A DNA stretch of 64,000 nucleotides from Octopus vulgaris (GCA_951406725.2 OX597833.1:51212001-51276000), one strand, 5' to 3'; positions 39,826 through 55,220 are shown, numbered from the stretch's first letter. Made by a program: numbers and translations. The notes: generated by a model from the letters alone, not told the origin.

Positions 39826-40840
39826 GTCAGGTTGGTAAAAAGTAAACAACGTTTTGAACCATGAAGAATTTGTACCGGATTTTTGCAGAGTTTTGAATTT
39901 TTTAAAACACTTTTTTGTAATTGTCTGATAATACAGTCATAGACTTGCCCAAATGCATCAATAAATTGATTTTTTTTTCACAGTGCATACAATCATCTAA
40001 AATGGAATTGTCGAAGCGCGATATTCGAGCAATTTTGCTATTGAAACTGCTCGCGATATGAATGAAACATTTGGTGAGGAAATGAGCAGAGAATGGTCAG
40101 CTCGAAAATAGTTTAAACGATTTTATAGTGGAGACATGAGCCTTGATGATCGTGAGCATCTACTACGCTCATCTCTCATCGATGATGGTCAACTACAGAT
40201 CGTAATTGGGAGAGATACACGTAAAACCACTCGAGAACTGGCAAAAGAATTTCAAGTTAGTCAGAAAACTGCCTGCAACCATTTGCATGCGATCGAAAAA
40301 TCAGAAAATGCTCAGATATGAAAGTTGCTCGTCGTTTCTTCTCTATAACCAGACCGACCCGTTTCTTGATCGTATTGTAACTTGCGATAAAAAAATGGAT
40401 TCTGTGCAATAATAAAAAAAACGGCTTCGCAGTAGTTGGACCAAAATGAAGGACCGAAAACCTTCCCTAAACCAGAGCTGTTCAAAAACAAGGCCATAGT
40501 GACTGTTTGGTGGTGTACTGCTGAACTCATCTACTACAACTTCTTAAAACCCGAAAAAGCCATTACTGCAGAAACATATTGCCATGAAATTGCAAAAATG
40601 AACGAAAAACCTGGTACTTCTCCGTCGCAGACTGGTCAACAAAAGAGGGTCAATCGTTCTTCATGAAAATACTTGACAACAGGTTTCCCTAATGCTGCTC
40701 TAGAAGTTGAGATGGAACAAGGCTACGAAGTTCTTCCCCACCCAGTTTATTCTCCAGAACTTTCACCTACCGATTATCACTTTTTCACGCACCTTCATGG
40801 TTCCCTGCGAGAGAAGGAGTTAAAAAATCAAACGATGTTG
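39826..40840 (+). pseudogene. Decayed mariner element (5' end plus disrupted transposase starting at ATG 40002)
   Basis: MELSKRDIRAILL, FKRFYSGDMSLDD, TTRELAKEFQVSQ, FLDRIVTCDKK, VTVWWCTAELIYYNFLKPEKAITAETYC, GYEVLPHPVYSPELSPTDYHFF (YSPDL-like motif). Confidence 0.92.
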
Positions 40841-40842
40841 AA

Positions 40843-41410
40843 ATTTCAATACGGAGCAAATAATTCACAAAAATAATAATTTGCGAAAATATCATTGACT
40901 CTGTTATTATCTAGTGTAACAATTTAAGAGATATATATATAGAATCAATAATATAGGCGATTGCAAGCCACAAAAAAAGGATTAAATAGTTGAAGGATTA
41001 AAATTAAACAAAAGACATACTAAATATATCTACCTGCTGGAAATAACAGTCAAATCTTTTACTTAAATCGCCAAAATACACTGATACTAACTACAGAAAT
41101 CAACAGTCCGAAGGCAAACAGGTTATGACAATCTCCTAACATACATTCAAGTATTTGAACTCACGTGGACCAGTTTTAGGACTGGCATGATAGCCTCAGC
41201 TTCCTCAGCACGAGTTACCATAATAGAGAGCCCAGCCCGTCATGTCGAAGTCTGCGCTGCAACTGATTCATTTTGCGCCGAAATCATGGCAGCCAGCAGT
41301 GTGAAAATAATTTCAATACCATCAAATAATTCACGAGAAAAATAATTCATTGAGAACTAATTTGCGAAGATATCATTGACTCTATTATTATCTCGTATAA
41401 CAATTTTAAA
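40843..41410. repeat. Imperfect ~90-bp direct repeat (40843-40927 and 41311-41408)
   Basis: Shared TTTCAATAC...CAAATAATTCAC...TAATTTGCGAA.ATATCATTGACTCT.TTATTATCT. Confidence 0.75.
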
Positions 41411-41565
41411 ATGATAACAGAATTCAAGATATATATGTGTGAGTGTGCGTGTATGTACGTATATACATACATATATGTATGTTTACATATCCATGAATGT
41501 ATATATATATATATATATAATAATGATAAATCTCAAGCCATATTCAAATGGCATATATGCATCAC

Positions 41566-41615
<50 letters not shown>

Positions 41616-41623
<8 letters not shown>

Positions 41624-41916
41624 GGGAAACCAATATGTGGACACCCTTATGCTAGAAATAGATTCGCTATGGTCTTACCACTAAGAAATGTTCTCAAAAA
41701 AAATTCACCAAACCAACCAAAACGTAATCGAGCAAGACAAAAGAAAAGCCAATAAAAATATGCGAATAATTCATATTTTTATTGCTTTTTCATGTCTTGC
41801 TCGATTACGTTTTGGTTGTTTTGTTAAAATTTTTTTGAGAACATTTCTTAGTGGTAAGACCATAGCGAATCTATTTCTAGCATAAGGGTGTCCACATAGT
41901 GGTTTCCCTCTAATAT
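41616..41916. repeat. Fold-back palindrome, ~146-bp arms, 9-nt loop
   Basis: 41616-41762 vs 41772-41916 with a handful of mismatches; abuts (TA)n. Confidence 0.92.
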
Positions 41917-42261
41917 GTATATAATACAATTTTACTGAACCTTCAGTTTTTTCATATGCTAAACCACTGGACTTGCAACCTTTTCAATAGTCGTTGACTC
42001 TGTCCGTTATCGGAATTGCGTTATTTTTTATTTATTTTTTTTTGTATGTATGCGTGTGCCTCAGTGTGCGTGCGCAGTGGTAGGTCTCCGTCGTCTGGTG
42101 ATGATGACTAAGCAGTTCAATCAATTGAAATTAAGATTAAATAGCTGAGTAAACCGCTCAACTTAGTTCTAAAAAGAAAAACAGTGTTTGGTAAGGTTGT
42201 AACATACAAAATGTAATAAGGGTGAATTACAAGAACAATCTAACCAGCAGTTTTGTATGTA

Positions 42262-42825
42262 TTGGATTGTACGGAAAGTTCGTGCCGATTTATAGCAGTT
42301 TACCTTTCCACTTATTTTAGAACATGATTGGGTTTATACAATAGGATTTGACTACACCTCCATTTAGAGCGCAGTTTAAGCTATCTTTTCGTGGAAGAAG
42401 GTTTATGTTCCTATAACCTGTGTTAATTCTGTAACCCTTTAAAATGGACGATAAGAAAGTTCATTTTCACTTGATGCTTTGGGAAGCAGACAAACATTGC
42501 TGCAGCTCGGCTGGGATATGTTACCCCACCCTCCATATTCACCAGATATTGCTCTTTCGGATTTCCACTTATTCAGGTCTCTGCAGAATAGTCTTAATGG
42601 TAAAAATTTCAATTCCTTCGAAGACGTAAAAAGATACCTTGATGGAATTCTTTGCCATGAAGCCACCTCAATTCTGGGAAGAGGGTATTTTCAAGTTAAA
42701 GGAAAGATGGAGACGCATTGTGCAACAAAACGGTTCATATTTGGTTGATTAAAAATGTAATGGCAAGTATTTATTGACCTTTTTCTTTCCTTTAAAAATC
42801 GGCACGAACTTTCCGGACAACCCAA
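42262..42825 (+). mobile_element. Internally deleted mariner with both TIRs and TA target duplication
   Basis: 30-bp TIRs TTGGATTGTACGGAAAGTTCGTGCCGATTT / AAATCGGCACGAACTTTCCGGACAACCCAA, flanked by TA. The N-terminus MDDKKVHF is joined to LGWDMLPHPPYSPDIALSDFHLFRSLQNSLNGKNF. Confidence 0.93.
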
Positions 42826-43140
42826 TAGTTTCCGCCTGCCCTATTTCACGCACAGGTTATCGGTCGCCTCGAGGACATAAAAAATTATAATTGCGCAGGA
42901 TACCATGCAGTAAGAGCAAGTGCGAGTTCTCGTTGTTGCGAAGCAACGATCTCGACTATACTGCAGATCAATAGTGACATAATGTGTGTATGTGTGTGTG
43001 TGTGCGTGCCTCTGTTTGTGTGTGTGTGTATGTGTGTGTGTGTGTGAGTGTAAATGCGTATGTGTGTATGTATGTGTGTGTGTATTCTCGAAGTCTGTTT
43101 CACGAAATGTCAAGAAGCAGCAACAGAAACAGTGGCGACC

Positions 43141-43142
43141 GC

Positions 43143-43184
<42 letters not shown>

Positions 43185-43259
43185 GGTGGTGGTAATAGTA
43201 GTAGTAGTAGTTTTAGTAGTGGTGGTGGTAGTGGTGGTAATAGTAGTAGTAGTAGTAGC

Positions 43260-43307
<48 letters not shown>

Positions 43308-43381
43308 TGTGGTGGTTGTGGTGGTGGTGGTGGTAATAGTAGTAGTAGTAGTTTTAGTAGTGGTAGTGGTAGTGGTGGTAA

Positions 43382-43417
<36 letters not shown>
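43141..43417. repeat. (AGT)n/(GGT)n field with an internal higher-order duplication
   Basis: The block GGTAATAGT...TTTTAGTAGTGGT...GGTAATAGT occurs twice. Confidence 0.9.
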
Positions 43418-43663
43418 AGATAAAGTGTTAGCGGTTCGTTGTGTTTGTGTGAAGAAGAGCTTATTACGTGTATCGAGAGAAACTAACAGGAAAAGAAACG
43501 ATATCACCACGACTTGTGACAGTTGGGGCTTATGTTTAAGTCAGTCAAGATTGACAGTTTAATTCTGTTCAGAAAAACACAAACGGAACCCCGACATCTA
43601 TAGCTGTCATTGTTGGGAAACATGGTACAAGATATAGCGATATGTGTGTGTATGTGCGCGCGC

Positions 43664-43701
<38 letters not shown>

Positions 43702-43874
43702 TTGTGTGTGTGTGTATTTGTGTGTGTGTGCGTGTGTTGTATGTGTATGTTTGTATACAGATATATATTTATATATTTACATACATATATATATATTATA
43801 TATAGATAGATATATATTTACACACACACGCATATATATATATGTAAATATATATATATTCACATATATGTATA

Positions 43875-43906
<32 letters not shown>

Positions 43907-44044
43907 CATATATATACATATATATATATTTACATATATTCACATATATTTGTATTCATGTATATATATATATATATTTACATATATTCACATGTATATA
44001 TCTGTATTCATATATATACATACATACATACATACATACATACA

Positions 44045-44076
<32 letters not shown>

Positions 44077-44448
44077 GATACATACATGTACATATGCATA
44101 TATTTATGTTGTTATATTCGTTCTCTTATATATGTCTGTGCGCGCGTGTATGTATGTATGTGTAAAATTTCCTATCTTTGTTACAATAGCTATATATATA
44201 TACCTAACACACATACTTCTCTAAGCCGGCATTTTCCATTTGCACTCCATCACAAGAGTATCTCTCTTTTTATTTAAGTAATTGTTAATAGAAGACTGAG
44301 CAAATCTTTCAGTACTATATATTATAATATCCGTTCGTCTGTTGTGTCATGTTTGGAACTCGCATTACAATTATCTGATATACTGCTTCCTCACTATGAA
44401 AACATACTGTATATATGTATGTATGTGCGCCTGTGTGAGTGTTTGTGA

Positions 44449-44518
<70 letters not shown>

Positions 44519-44570
44519 ATTTATAAGTATCTGTGTGCATACATTTATAAGATATATATATATATATATT

Positions 44571-44617
<47 letters not shown>

Positions 44618-44809
44618 GTGTATTTTATATTTTCTTTTCGTAACATATTTCTACTATATATATATATATTATATATGTGTGTGTGTGTGTGTGTGTATCT
44701 GTGTGCATACATTTATAAGATATATATATATATATATATATAATATATATATATATCCACGTGTATTTTATATTTTCTTTTCGTAACATATTTCTACTAT
44801 ATATATATA

Positions 44810-44844
<35 letters not shown>

Positions 44845-44930
44845 ATATAATAATAAATATTAGGGAATAAATCCAAATTTACAGGGAAAAAATCAGATTT
44901 AGGATTAAATCCAATTTTATAGTAAAATAT

Positions 44931-45177
<247 letters not shown>

Positions 45178-45741
45178 ATCTGTGTGCATACATTTATAAG
45201 ATATATATATATATTTCCATGTGTATTTTATATATATATATATTTATATATATATATGAATATATGTGTGTGTGTGTGTATTGATATATGTAGTTGTAAA
45301 TATGTGTATATATCTGTGTATTTGGGTATATATATATATATATACGTAGTTATTGTTACAAGTTATAAGTTGTTTTGATCTGGTAAGCTCTGTTAGTTAT
45401 GGATGGTTTTCTTATCCATACCTTCAACAATAAATGTTTGTTTACTCTTTTAATGAATGGTTTTGAGGAGACATTCATTGTTCTATTTGCTGTAAAACTA
45501 ATCCCGATCTATCAGGAATTATTGGTTTTCGCCTTTTCATGTCCATTGTGTCTGAAATTGGAAACAAAATATTTTCAAACTATAGTTTTGAAAAACAGAA
45601 TATCAATTTTAAATGATGTCGAGTTAACCAAACAACGGGAAGCTGGAAGTAAATTTGTGAGCAAGTTTCGTTTTGCCATCTCAAACTCGCCCTTTTATTT
45701 TCTGTGATCAGAGAATTCCCCGTCTAAAGTTCAGTCAGTAA

Positions 45742-46161
45742 TACCTATTTCTTTACTACCGTTAAGGAGCTAAACACAGAGGGGACAAACAAGGACAGAC
45801 AAATGGATTAAGTCGATTACATCGACCCCAGTGCGAAACTGGTACATATTTAATCGATCCCAAAAGGATGAAAGGTAAAGTCGACCTCGGCAGAATTTGA
45901 ACTCTGAACGTAAAAACAGACGAAATACCTATTTCTTTACTACCCACAAGGGGCTAAACACAGAGGGGACAAACAAGGACAGACAAACGGATTAAGTCGA
46001 TTACATCGACCCCAGTGCGCAACTGGTACTTATTTAATCGACCCCGAAAGGATGAAAGGCAAAGTCGACCTCGGCAGAATTTGAACTCAGAACGTAGCGG
46101 CAGACGAAATACTGCTAAGCATTTCGCCCGGCGTGCTAATGTTTCTGCCAGCTCCCTGCCT
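45742..46161 (-). mobile_element. SINE family B dimer with target-site duplication
   Basis: Two tail-1 units; TSD TTCAGTCAGTAATACC (45730-45745) / TTCTGTAAGTAATACC (46162-46177). Confidence 0.9.
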
Positions 46162-46516
46162 TTCTGTAAGTAATACCGCCAACGTCACCTCCACAACAGG
46201 TGGAAGTAAGAACTGAATAATAAGAGCGACATGTCAAACGGAAACAATTAAAACAATAGCAGCATTAATCTGACAAAGTGCAACAATAACAACAACAACA
46301 ACAACAACAGAATTCAAGCTAAAAACAACAAAACCAGCAACACCTGCTCTATCACAAGCAATCAAATTTCAGAACCTCTGAAAACACGCCATCACCTTCA
46401 TCATCGCTGTTCTCACTGCTACAACAGAATATAGCGATGAAAGCAACAAGTGTACTGTTGCTAACTCAAAACATGATCCTCACCATTGCACTCACTGAAA
46501 GCAGCAGCAGTGACTA

Positions 46517-46820
46517 GTGGAGGCACAATGGCCTAGTGGTTAGGGCAGCGGACTCGCGGTCGGAGGATCGCGGTTTCGATTCCCAGACCAGGCGTTGTGT
46601 ATGGTTATTGAGCGAAAACACCTAAAAGCTCCACGAGGCTCCGGCAGGGGGGGGTGATCCCTGCTGTACTCTTTCACCACTCTTTCTCCCACTCTTTCTT
46701 CTGTTGGCCTGCTCGCTTAGCCAGCGGGGTGGCGTCATTCGAAGGCTAAAACAATGCGAACGCATTGTGACCAGCGATGTGTAACATCTGATGGACTGGT
46801 CGGTCACGTGATGACGTGAT
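46517..46820 (+). mobile_element. SINE family C (followed by a related fragment at 46845-47085)
   Basis: Homologous to 28518-28820. Confidence 0.85.
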
Positions 46821-47227
46821 ATATATATATATATATATATGTTCAAGCAGGGGGTGGTGGCGACCCCTGTTGTACTCTTTCGCTCCAACTTTCTCTCACT
46901 CTTTCTTCCTGTTTCCTGTCCTCCCCGACTTCCTACGCAACCGCTGAGCCTGGATGCGCATTCATCCATCCGTCGATGCTCTCGGTGTCGGGGGTTGACC
47001 TGCTTTCTCTTCTGCGGGTCATACGAATAGCAACAGACCATGTTTCGGACTTCTCCCATCTTGCGAGCTCTGGGACGAAAACCGTTCGCTCAACAGCAAC
47101 AGCAACAGCAGCTGCAGTAACTACGTTTCAGCAAAAACGTACAATTAGCTCTTAAGAACCAGTGAGCCTTTTGTTAATATATAGTAAAAGCCACAAACGA
47201 GCGGAAGTAGCAACAGGAAAAATATAA

Positions 47228-47647
47228 GGCGGCGAGCTGGCAGAAACGTTAGTACGCCGGGCGAAATGCGTACCCGTATTTCGTCTGCCGCTACGTTCTG
47301 AGTTCAAATTCCGTCGAGGTCAACTTTGCCTTTCATCCTTTCGGGGTCGATAAATTTAGTACCAGTTACGCACTGGGGTCGATGTTATCGACTTAATACC
47401 TATGTCTGTCCTTGTTTGTCCCTTCTGTGTTTAGCCCCTTGTGGGTAATAAAGAAATAGGTATTTCATCTGTCTTCGTGTTCTGAGTTCAAATTCCGTCG
47501 AGGTCAACTTTGCCTTTCATCCTTTCGGGGTCGATAAATTAAGTACCAGTTACGTACTGGGGTCGATGTTATCGACTTAATACCTATATCTGTCCTTGTT
47601 TGTCCCTTCTGTGTTTAGCCCCTTGTGGGTAATAAAGAAATAGGTAT
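47228..47647 (+). mobile_element. SINE family B dimer
   Basis: Junction AAGAAATAGGTATTTC at ~47451-47466; ends in AAATAGGTAT. Confidence 0.9.
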
Positions 47648-47905
47648 ACCAGAAAAGAAGGGGTGAGCGAAATCTAAGATGTGATCAATAGCGTCCTGGG
47701 GGGGGGGGGAAAGCATGAAGCTGCACAGAAGGACTTTACTTTCCTCTCTTTCGAAGTCAATAAAATAAGTACCAGTGGAACACTGGCGTCGATCTACCGC
47801 AAAATTTCAGGTCTTGTGCCTATAGTAGAAATAACAACAATAATTATTATTATCACCATCGTCATCATCATTATCATTTATAATTATAGTAATGATAATA
47901 ATAAC

Positions 47906-47974
<69 letters not shown>

Positions 47975-47975
<1 letters not shown>

Positions 47976-48091
47976 GTTGTGATGCATGTGCCTGGTGTAC
48001 CCTTATCAGACGGGTAGTCATGATGGGTATATTGGGCTTCGTATATTTTACCCCAGTGTCACTTTGATGGCATGCACTGCTCTCTCATTCA
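47975..48091 (+). mobile_element. 5'-truncated retroposon 3' end embedded in (AAT)n
   Basis: Homologous to 2475-2571; (AAT)n on both sides. Confidence 0.65.
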
Positions 48092-48149
48092 ATAATAATT
48101 ATAATTATAATAATAATAATAATAATAATGATGATAATGATGATGATGG

Positions 48150-48224
<75 letters not shown>

Positions 48225-48228
48225 CAAC

Positions 48229-48264
<36 letters not shown>

Positions 48265-48805
48265 GACAATAATAATAATAATAATAATTAAAGTTGTTCT
48301 ATTTCACGTCTTTCTAAAATCAGAATTTGATGAAGAATATTTTGAAAAAGCTAACAAAATATACAAAAAAAAAATGAAAGAAATAAAATAAAATAAAATA
48401 AAATGATATTTAAAAAAAAATTAAATAGCATGGTTAATATGCAAATTTATAATTGTGCATCAGATAATTAGGAAAATTATTAAGGAATAACTAAACAGCC
48501 AAATAAATATATATATACACATTTTTTTTTTAGAATTGAAGGATTCCTTCAACCGATGATGGTACTCGAAGTAACATCGTGATTTCTATTGATTCTGTGT
48601 AAATATTCTTGCTACTGCAGCAGATGCTGCTGATGCTGATGTTGTTGTTGGTAAATGGTGGTGGTTGTCTTGGTGTTGTTGTTGTTGTTGCTGTTGTTGT
48701 TGCTGTTGTTGTTTTAGCTGTTACTGTTATTCCTTTCGTGATTTCTTCTTTGTTTTTATTTGGATTTCTATGATTCAAGGATTTGCTGTTGGTTTTGATG
48801 TTTCT

Positions 48806-49145
<340 letters not shown>

Positions 49146-49537
49146 TTGTTATATTTCAGGCTTTTCCTCTCTCGTTCATTTTTCCTTACTGATGTAATTT
49201 TTCCTTTCTCTTTTTTCTCACTCTGTTTCTTTCTTCTTTCACTCTTTCTCTCTCTCTCTTTCCTTCTCATTTCTTCTCTCTCTTTCTCTCCTCCCCTATC
49301 TCTCTCTCTCTCGCAGTCAAATGACTGAAACAAGTAAAAGAATAAAGGAATAACACATATATATGCATGTTTTGCATGTGTGTGCGTGTGCGTAGTGTGT
49401 GTATATGAATATATATATATATATATACATATACATGATTTTTAGTATAAATATCTGCATATGTGCATACATTAGTATAAATATATGTATGTATACAAGC
49501 GCGCGTCCACACAGATAGCTACATAGCTACGTAGATG

Positions 49538-49589
<52 letters not shown>

Positions 49590-49647
49590 CATACATACAT
49601 ACATACATACATACAAAAATAGACAGAAAGATTGATAGATAGATACG

Positions 49648-49733
<86 letters not shown>

Positions 49734-49803
49734 CATACATACATACATACATACATACAAAAATAGACTGAAAGATTGATAGATAGATAACTACATAGCT
49801 ACG

Positions 49804-49860
<57 letters not shown>

Positions 49861-49861
49861 G

Positions 49862-49953
<92 letters not shown>

Positions 49954-50054
49954 TATAGATAGACAGACAGAGGTGTCTCTGTGGTCATGTGTGTACGTAT
50001 CATGTATTCATACACGTATGAAAGTACGTGTGTGCATTTTACCATTCGCTTCTA

Positions 50055-50095
<41 letters not shown>

Positions 50096-50462
50096 CCAAC
50101 TCTGTCCTCCTCTTTTTGTCCTCTCCCTTCCTCTCTCTCTCATTCATTCTCTCTCTCTCCCCCTCTCTCTCTCTCTCTCTCTCTTTTCCTCTCCCAAACT
50201 CATACTGTCCAAATGAGATATTCAAATGCCGTAAGCTCATGAGAAGCAAATTACGCTGCACTATGGTAAACAAGTAATAAACCGCGTTGATTTTATATTA
50301 TTTACTGTAATCACAGTAATTTGCAGCATTTTATTACATGATTGTTGAGTTCCAACTAATTTTGATGTTTTTATTGGAAGACTTCTCATTATTTATGTTT
50401 GTTTTCGCTGTCTATTTTCGTTTCCACCTCTCCTCTCCTCTGTTTAGTTTCCCCTTGTTAGC

Positions 50463-50494
<32 letters not shown>

Positions 50495-50506
50495 ATATAC
50501 ATATAT

Positions 50507-50748
<242 letters not shown>

Positions 50749-51027
50749 TTGTTTGTTTGTCTATTTATCTATTTGTTTGTTTGTATTAGTTTGTGTTTGT
50801 TTGTTTGTTTGTATTTCCCAACATTTATCCTTCAGCGAATATTCTTCTCTCATTAATAATAATCCTTCATTCCGTCTTTTTTTTTTTTTTTTACTCAGTT
50901 CGATATTTTTTGTTTGTTTGTTGTGTTTAGTTTTGTTTTTTTTTGCTTTGTTTTGCTTTTTTTTTTTTTTTTTTTTTGTCATATTAGTTTCTAATGCAGC
51001 AATTTTCGGGAGAAAATAATAATAATG

Positions 51028-51060
<33 letters not shown>

Positions 51061-51371
51061 AATTACTTTAATTTCGTTAATCATATGTACACACACGCAA
51101 ACGTTCACATAAATATACACACACTAGCAAAAATATATCCACAAACATATATACATACATACATATATTTATATTTACACACACATACGTTTGCATAAAT
51201 ATATATGTGTATATGTATGTATGCACACAGATATATGTATGTGTGTATATGTATATATATATATATACATACATATACCAAGTAAGTCAGGGGTTGCGGA
51301 TCCAACCCACTAAGGGATAATACTTATCCAATATACTGTTGGTATAATACCCAAATTATTAATACATAAGT

Positions 51372-51451
<80 letters not shown>

Positions 51452-52464
51452 GTATAAAATCAGTTTCCCTGAATCCTTGGCGTGTATATTCCCCTACCGT
51501 AGGGAAAACCGATCCGTTGTACGATGATTTATTTTAGCTAGTTGGGTGAGCTGGTTCAACGTGTAATGAATTCATTTGCTCTGAAATGCAACAATTCATC
51601 GCACCATACAGATATTGAACCCACAATCTTAGGATCAATAGTGCAACACACTAAGCCACTCGTCTCCACTCATACACACATTCATACACGCGTACAAGCA
51701 TATACATACATACCTACCTACCTACTTACATACAAACATACACACATACATACATTCATGCATGAATACATACATACATACATATATTCATACATGAATA
51801 CATACATACATACATACATACACACATACATACATTCATGCATGAATACATACATACATACATACATAGGGCATATGCGTGTGTGTGTATCTTCCGTGTC
51901 CTTCATCAATTATCATATACTTATACACATACACACACATATACAGTGCGAGAAAGAGAGAGAGAGAAAGAGAGAGACAATGATAATAAATTTAAGATTT
52001 CAGTGCGATTTTATTATTTCATTTTATACTCTACAGCTGTTTCAACATATTTCTAGTTCTTACGGTAAAAAACTACAAATATCTTCGTTCCTATTACTAC
52101 TTAATTGATATTAGAAATTAAGTTGCAAATAAAATCAATAAATAATATGTTTCTACACCAGTTAATTAATTTCGTGTATAATGATATATGATTTTTATTC
52201 GTTGGAACAGCTGTAGAGTATGAAAGGTAGTTATGAAAAACCTGGAAAACTTTTCCTTTCTTACTATTGTAAGTATGTTTCTCTGACCATTAATTTTAGC
52301 CAATTTATACATATACGAATTCAGTAACTCTACGATTATTGCATTGTAATATAATGTGTTAAACCTCAGTGGATATAATTTACCCTGTTTAAACATTAAT
52401 TCAGAATATGTGTGTGTGCACGCGTGTATATATGTGTATGTGTGTGCACGCGCTCATATATATA

Positions 52465-52870
52465 TTCTTTTATTTGTTTCAGTCATATGATTGTGGCCAT
52501 GCTGGAGCACCGCCTTTAGTCGAACAAATCGACTCCAGGACTTATTCTTTGTATGCCTAGTAGTTATTCTCTTTTGCCGAGCCGCCAAGTTATGGGGACG
52601 TAAGCACAACAACATCGGTTGTCAAGCGATGTTGGGCAGGGGGACAAACACAGACACACAAACATATGCGCACCCACACACACACACACATATACATATA
52701 TTTATATACGACGGGCTTCTTTCAGTTTCCATCTACCAAATCCACTCACAAGGGTTTGGTCGACCCGAGACTATAGTAGAAGACATTTACCCAAAGTTCC
52801 ACACAGTGGGACTGAACCTGGAACCATGGTTGGGATGCAAGCTTCTTACCACACAGCCACTCCTGCGCCT
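52465..52870 (-). mobile_element. SINE family A
   Basis: Full homology, moderately diverged. Confidence 0.9.
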
Positions 52871-52887
52871 ATGTGCATATATATATA

Positions 52888-52954
<67 letters not shown>

Positions 52955-53989
52955 TGTGCTATATATGCATGAATACATGTATATGCATTGCGTGTATATA
53001 TATGTATGCATTGTGTGTGTATGTATGTTATGTGTGTGTGTGTATATATATATTATATGTATGCGTACGTGTATGTGTATGCATTGTATGTATGTGTGTT
53101 GTGTGTATATGTGGTACATCTATGTATGTGTATGTAAACACTATTTATATGTATATGTGTATATATGTATATGCATTGTCTATATATATATATATTATAT
53201 GTATGTATTGCGTATGTATATTGCATGCATATATTGTGTATGTATATTACTTACATGCTGTATGTGTGTATTGTATGTGTGTATATATATGCTAGGTGTA
53301 TTTGTGTGATATTTATATTATGTATGTATGTGTGCGTGTGTGTTGTGTGTGTGTGTGTGTGTGTGTGTGTTGTGTGTGTATGTGTGTTATATATCTGTGT
53401 ATGTTATATATAGATACATGTTATATTTGTGTGCTGTGTGTATATGTGATATATGTGGGTGCGTTGTGTGTGGGTGTGTGTGTTCTGTGTGTGTGTGTGT
53501 TGTTTGTATGTGGTGTGTGTTTGTATACTATGTGTGTGTGTGTGTGTGTTGTTGTGTGTGTGTGTGTTTGTGTGTATATATATGTGTGTGACAAACAGAC
53601 GCTATCTGACCAGCAGGCACGGACACATCTATTCACACCCGCATACTAACCTCCTGATAACCCCAAAATCATTCATGCATAAAGAGGAAGTATACACCAC
53701 ATTGGCTACTTCTTCTGTTCTCTCAGTTCAGCCTTTCTGCTAATACTGACAGGTCAGTAAAAACATACTTAAAATATTCTGAGATGTACAAAAAATCCAT
53801 TTTAATTTTTGCTGTCAAAACGCTGTATATATATACCAAAGATTGTATATATATACATGTAATGTGACAATTTGCGACAACCAATAATTAACGCAACCAA
53901 TTCCCAATAATATATTTGTTTTATCCTTTTCTGCCAAATTTTCCCAAATATTCTCATCACACTATTGAACTTCTCTGTTACCAAACACT

Positions 53990-54145
53990 ATATTTATACA
54001 TGTAATGTGACAATTATGTATAAAAAAAACATTTTTGAATTCATAATATCCAATGTGACAATTATGTAAAAAACTTTTTTGAATGCATAATATTCAATGT
54101 GACAATTATGTAAAAAACTTTTTTTGAACCCATATTATTCAATGT
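53990..54145. repeat. ~46-bp minisatellite x3 (AATGTGACAATTATGTAAAAAACTTTTTTGAA...)
   Basis: Read directly; a related unit lies at ~53850-53872. Confidence 0.8.
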
Positions 54146-54276
54146 TTCCTTAAATGTAACTTTTGACAATCTTTTACCAAAGAGTGAAACCGGTTAAGTA
54201 AATAAACATCGTTTAAATTGCATTTTCAAACCTTTTTTCTTATATAATCCCACTCGTGCGATACCCCACAACTCAA

Positions 54277-54336
<60 letters not shown>

Positions 54337-54943
54337 CTGACATGTTTATCCAACATTAACAACTTTGAGAGTCCTATCAGCAAATGAAACTTTTGAAATG
54401 ATGAATAAATAATACTAGAAACATTTTCCAACTTCTTGTTCTGTTATATAATAACTCTACAAACAATATTTCCTGAATTTTCGACGCTAATATCTACCTC
54501 GCATCAATACAAAAACAAAAACAACTGCTACAATTACAATTACAGTATAAAAATTGGATTGTAATACTGGAATATACCAACGTGCTTCAAGAGGACACAG
54601 CTTGACTTTTAACCTACCCAATTTTATATAGGGTAATAATATATCTATATACATATAGTCTCTTTACTTTTTTACTTGTTTCAGTCAATTGACTGCGGCC
54701 ATGCTGGAGCACCGCCTTTTAATCGAGCAAATCGCCCCTCGGAAAAAATGTTCATACAGCACCAGGAGAGATGACAAAGGAGACAAAATAAACTAGCAAT
54801 AGAATTACTGAATATTTCCAGATATTCCCGGATTTAAACTGGTCGTGTGTATACGTGCATATATATGTATGTATACGTTCGTATATGTAAGTATTCGTAT
54901 GTTGTATATATATCTATTTGTATTTATGTGCTTCATCAGTATA

Positions 54944-55000
54944 TTCCACTGATGAAGGCAAAGCATTTCTTATGCAGAGCCAGAAATCCGGGATCTGGAA
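54944..55000 (+). ncRNA. Minimal type-I hammerhead ribozyme motif (Penelope-type)
   Basis: TTCCA-CTGATGA-A-GGC-(AAAGCAT TTCTT ATGCAGA)-GCC-A-GAAA-TCC-G-GG-ATC-TGGAA. Helix I is 5 bp perfect, helix III is ATCC/GGAT and the triplet is AUC. Confidence 0.7.
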
Positions 55001-55145
55001 TTATCCAGAAATTTCTTTGGTAGTTTATTTTGTCGTTTTGTCTTCTCTCCTGGTGGTCTATGAATATCTAATGTGGTTTTAGAGTCAAGTTTTGGCTGCT
55101 ATTTCTAGCATAGTGGTATCTCTTAGAAACCCCTAATTATAATTA

Positions 55146-55220
<75 letters not shown>

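Noticed and set aside
46517-46590. tRNA-like sequence with A and B boxes (also at 28518 and 32470-32538)
   Set aside because: It continues into a shared SINE body and lacks a proper acceptor stem and terminator, so it is a SINE head rather than a tRNA gene.
53741-53762. TAATACTGACAGGT, resembling miR-8/miR-200
   Set aside because: The 3' half diverges and no complementary star arm lies upstream.
53990-54145. Regularly spaced repeats suggestive of a CRISPR array
   Set aside because: The intervening sequences are also repeated (a minisatellite), the context is eukaryotic and there are no cas genes.
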